From: Oscillospiraceae bacterium
GTDB lineage: Bacteria; Bacillota; Clostridia; Oscillospirales; Oscillospiraceae
Assembly: GCA_017411225.1 (NCBI GenBank)
Contig: JAFRDQ010000065.1
Location: 588 to 64,587 of the forward strand
DNA length: 64,000 nt
Reading direction: 5' to 3'
The notes below the pieces were generated by a model. It was not told where the DNA came from and did no database searches. It was given only the letters and a program-made list of their open reading frames with translations. Below are positions 61,409 to 64,000 of the stretch, piece by piece. The translations under genes were made by a program, and so were the position numbers. Numbering within the stretch: position 1 is the stretch's first letter; each line of letters opens with the position of its first letter.

Positions 61409-62512
61409 TCAAAGATACATTGTGATGATAAACAGATCATCCTGTTGAGTATATGCCAGCTCATAGGAGCCGCTGTTCAAAAGTCCGAGGCGGCGCAGGA
61501 CACTCCCCGCCTCGCCGAGCGTGAACAAACGGTAGGTTACAGCGTCATATACCGTGCGGTCGGCGCAGCGGAAGCTGAGCGCGTTGCTGCCCGCCTCCGC
61601 CTGCGCGCGAACGGCGGCGACAACGGAGTCAATGCTGTCATCCGTGATGACGGCGTTCTCGTGGATGTAGTAGTTATCCACATTGGAGAGGGCGGTGATA
61701 TCGTCCTGCTCGGACTGCGGCGTGTGCGTAATATTCAGCTCTGCGGTGGTCAGGCCGAACCAGAGATGCTGGAGGTATTCCCTGCCGGCGGCGTCGAAGC
61801 GGTCGGTGTTGTCCCAGGTGGGGTCGAAGGCATAGACCGCGCCGTCGAGCACGGCGAAGTTCCAGGCGTGCGTGACGCGCTCGCCCTCGTGCACAGCCTC
61901 GCCCGTGATCGTGCAGGCGGGGATGCCCGCGCGGTTTAGGAGAAAGGCAAAGGCGTCCGCGATGCCGCCGCAGACGGCGCTGCCCTCACAGACGGCGGCA
62001 TAGGCCGTCTGGTCATAGCCCTCCGACTCGGCGTAGGTGACGTTCTCGGCAAGCCAGTCGTACACATAGAGCGCGACGGAGTAGTCCCCCATCCACGGCG
62101 CGGCGGCGAGGATCTCGTCGGCCCTGGCGCAGAGCGCTTCATATTTCGCCGGCCCGTCCTCATACAGCCAGCGGAACGTGACCTCCGCCGTGGTGCGCAG
62201 CCCCGTGGAGGCGGTGACGTGGTAGCCGCGGAACCAGAAATAATCCGGCAGGGCCATGAGCTCATCGAGACAGGCGGTGATGAGATCGAGCTCCCAGCCG
62301 TGGAGCGTGAGATCCCGCTGCGCCATGATCCCGGCGCGGAGCTGGTCTGCCAGATCGGGGTTTGCCGTGCAGTTGGGCGTGCGGTCGCCGATGGTGCTGC
62401 CGTCATAGGAGACGACCTCGATCGGCTCGGCAGATGTGAAATTCAGGCTGCCGCAGCCGGTGAGGCACAGCAGCGCCGCGAGCAGCAGCGCGCACAGCCG
62501 TTTTCTCCGCAT
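61409..62512 (-). CDS. Transglutaminase-like (Cys-His-Asp) lipoprotein
   Basis: Start trimmed to MRRKRLCALLLAALLCLTGCG (lipobox, SD GGGAGGG). CGGIADAFAFLL ... THAWNFAV ... FDPTWD triad pattern. Confidence 0.8.
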   Translation of the reverse strand: MRRKRLCALLLAALLCLTGCGSLNFTSAEPIEVVSYDGSTIGDRTPNCTANPDLADQLRAGIMAQRDLTLHGWELDLITACLDELMALPDYFWFRGYHVTASTGLRTTAEVTFRWLYEDGPAKYEALCARADEILAAAPWMGDYSVALYVYDWLAENVTYAESEGYDQTAYAAVCEGSAVCGGIADAFAFLLNRAGIPACTITGEAVHEGERVTHAWNFAVLDGAVYAFDPTWDNTDRFDAAGREYLQHLWFGLTTAELNITHTPQSEQDDITALSNVDNYYIHENAVITDDSIDSVVAAVRAQAEAGSNALSFRCADRTVYDAVTYRLFTLGEAGSVLRRLGLLNSGSYELAYTQQDDLFIITMYL

Positions 62513-62637
62513 GGTCAACCCTCCCAATTTCTTTTTTCGTATTTTACCACAAGTTCGTGAGAATTGGGGTAGAAATCGCAAAAAAATTCTGGTATAATAC
62601 CAGACCATATGAGACAAACTGAAATGGAGGAAAAACA

Positions 62638-62952
62638 ATGGTTGAAGTAACCTTTCTGATTGACGACATCGATTATTCCGACCGGCTGGACTCTCAGCTT
62701 CCGCTGGTGTTTGAAACCATGAGCAAGAACGGCGATCTGAATCCCGTGCTCAAGGCCGCCTGCAAGTCCCCCGAGGCGACCGCGAAGGTGGTCAAGACCC
62801 TGCTCAAGGCCATGAGCAAGAGCCAGAAGGAAAAGCTCGCCTGCAAGCTGCTCTCTTCTCAGCGCGAGAAGCTGATGCGCAAGATGAACAAGCTCGCCGA
62901 GGACTACGGCATCGTGGCGACGCTGAAGGACTGCAAGGCCGTCCAGAAATAA
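62638..62952 (+). CDS. Hypothetical 104-aa protein
   Basis: SD GGAGGAAAAACA ATG; ordinary composition; strong terminator downstream. No family recognised. Confidence 0.65.
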   Translation: MVEVTFLIDDIDYSDRLDSQLPLVFETMSKNGDLNPVLKAACKSPEATAKVVKTLLKAMSKSQKEKLACKLLSSQREKLMRKMNKLAEDYGIVATLKDCKAVQK

Positions 62953-62964
62953 TCTCATACGGAT

Positions 62965-62999
62965 ATCGCCCGGACTTCCCTGAAGTCCGGGCGATTTTT
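62965..62999. terminator. Bidirectional intrinsic terminator
   Basis: ATCGCCCGGACTT-ccctg-AAGTCCGGGCGAT followed by TTTT; lies between convergent genes. Confidence 0.85.
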
Positions 63000-63002
63000 G
63001 TC

Positions 63003-64000
63003 TTATTTGTCCTCAATATACTCTACCGGGAGTCCCTCGAGGTAGCGGCGGATCATGTCGAAGGCGTGGTTCGCGGCGGCGTGCTTGATGCGCTCGCGGC
63101 CCCACTTGTCCTTATACAGGCGGCGGACATACGTGCCCTCCGGCGCGGCGAGCGCGACGAAGACGGTGCCGACGGTGTGCACGCCGTCGTCCCCCGGGCC
63201 GGCAAGGCCCGTGACGCTGAGGGCGAGATCGGTGCCGAGGCGCGCGCGGCACTTTTCCGCCATCTGGACGGCGGTCTCATGGCTGACGGCGCCGTGCTCA
63301 CGCAGGCACTCGGCGTCGACGCCGAGAAGCTTCATCTTCATCTCGTCGGTATAGACGATGACGCCGCCGAGAAAGACGCCGGAGGCGCCGGGCGTGTTCG
63401 TCATCAGGTCGCCCACGAGGCCGCCGGTGCAGCTCTCGGCCACGGAGATCGTCTTGCCGCTCTCGATGAGGCGGTTCATGGCGTAGGACTGGATATTGTC
63501 GCTGTCGACGCCGTAGGCAAAGACGCCGAGCTCATCACGCACGCGCTGGATCCACGGGGCGATCATGGCCTCGGCCTCGGCCTTCGTGCCGGCCTTCGCC
63601 GTGATGCGCACGAGACACTCCCCTTCCTTGGCGTACGGCGCGAGGGTGGGGTTCGTCATCTCGTTCATGAGATCGCGCAGCTGATACTCCATCGTGCCCT
63701 CGCCGATGCCGAAGATGCGCACGTTGTGCGAGAGGATGAGGCTGTCAGAGCGCGCCTCGAGCAGCGGACGGACGCGGTGCTCGAGCATCGGGCCGCACTC
63801 GAGCGGCGGGCCGGGCAGCATGATGACCAGACAGCCGTCCGCCTCGAAGGCGCAGCCGGGGGCGGTGCCCCAGTCGTTGACGAGGACGGTGCAGCCCTCC
63901 GGCAGCATGACCTGCTGGAGGTGGTTATCGGTCATGTAGGTATTTCTTTCCTTGTAGAGCCCGCGCAGGCGCGCTTCCTCCTTCTTGTTCAGGACGAGCT
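63003..64000 (-). CDS. cinA: Competence/damage-inducible protein CinA (C-terminal PncC-like domain plus part of the MoCF domain); 5' end outside the window
   Basis: The frame stays open upstream of the Met at 63935 to the window edge. LPEGCTVLVNDWGTAPG and SVAESCTGGL motifs. Confidence 0.85.
   Translation of the reverse strand, partial: LVLNKKEEARLRGLYKERNTYMTDNHLQQVMLPEGCTVLVNDWGTAPGCAFEADGCLVIMLPGPPLECGPMLEHRVRPLLEARSDSLILSHNVRIFGIGEGTMEYQLRDLMNEMTNPTLAPYAKEGECLVRITAKAGTKAEAEAMIAPWIQRVRDELGVFAYGVDSDNIQSYAMNRLIESGKTISVAESCTGGLVGDLMTNTPGASGVFLGGVIVYTDEMKMKLLGVDAECLREHGAVSHETAVQMAEKCRARLGTDLALSVTGLAGPGDDGVHTVGTVFVALAAPEGTYVRRLYKDKWGRERIKHAAANHAFDMIRRYLEGLPVEYIEDK

Overview
High-GC (about 60%+) chromosomal segment of a Firmicutes/Clostridia-type genome; gene content resembles spore-forming gut Oscillospiraceae, but that is only an impression. 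About 60 protein genes are supported. Most are housekeeping. They include a partial ClC channel, an SNF transporter, tadA, three OmpR/histidine-kinase pairs, an M29 aminopeptidase, and peptide and amino-acid ABC components. There is an argG-argH-argD-argF cluster, msrA, and scpA-scpB-DUF2953-gerW. Further along are a D-Ala-D-Ala carboxypeptidase, a pseudouridine synthase, comEC-holA, a MOP flippase, mazG, hup, addB-addA, transporters, a P-type ATPase, an M42 peptidase and partial cinA. I found no rRNA, tRNA, CRISPR array, transposase, integrase or recognisable defence system. The unusual content is mostly non-coding, in three repeat families. (1) GTAG-headed REP-like hairpins with interchangeable stems, four times paired into polar ~145-bp doublets right after stop codons, plus a ~510-bp nested cluster. 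(2) A ~180-nt five-hairpin mosaic element in 4 copies, with compensatory stem replacements. (3) Long hairpins whose arms are 7-nt tandem repeats. One of these carries a four-helix-bundle (23S-IVS-type) gene and sits inside the arg operon. The best candidate for an accessory protein system is a ~4.8-kb block between hup and the S4/yabO-like gene. It holds a TetR regulator and a two-subunit 2-hydroxyacyl-CoA-dehydratase-like enzyme without an activase, followed by three tiny unknown genes. All functional calls come from motifs I recognise by eye; no database search was run.
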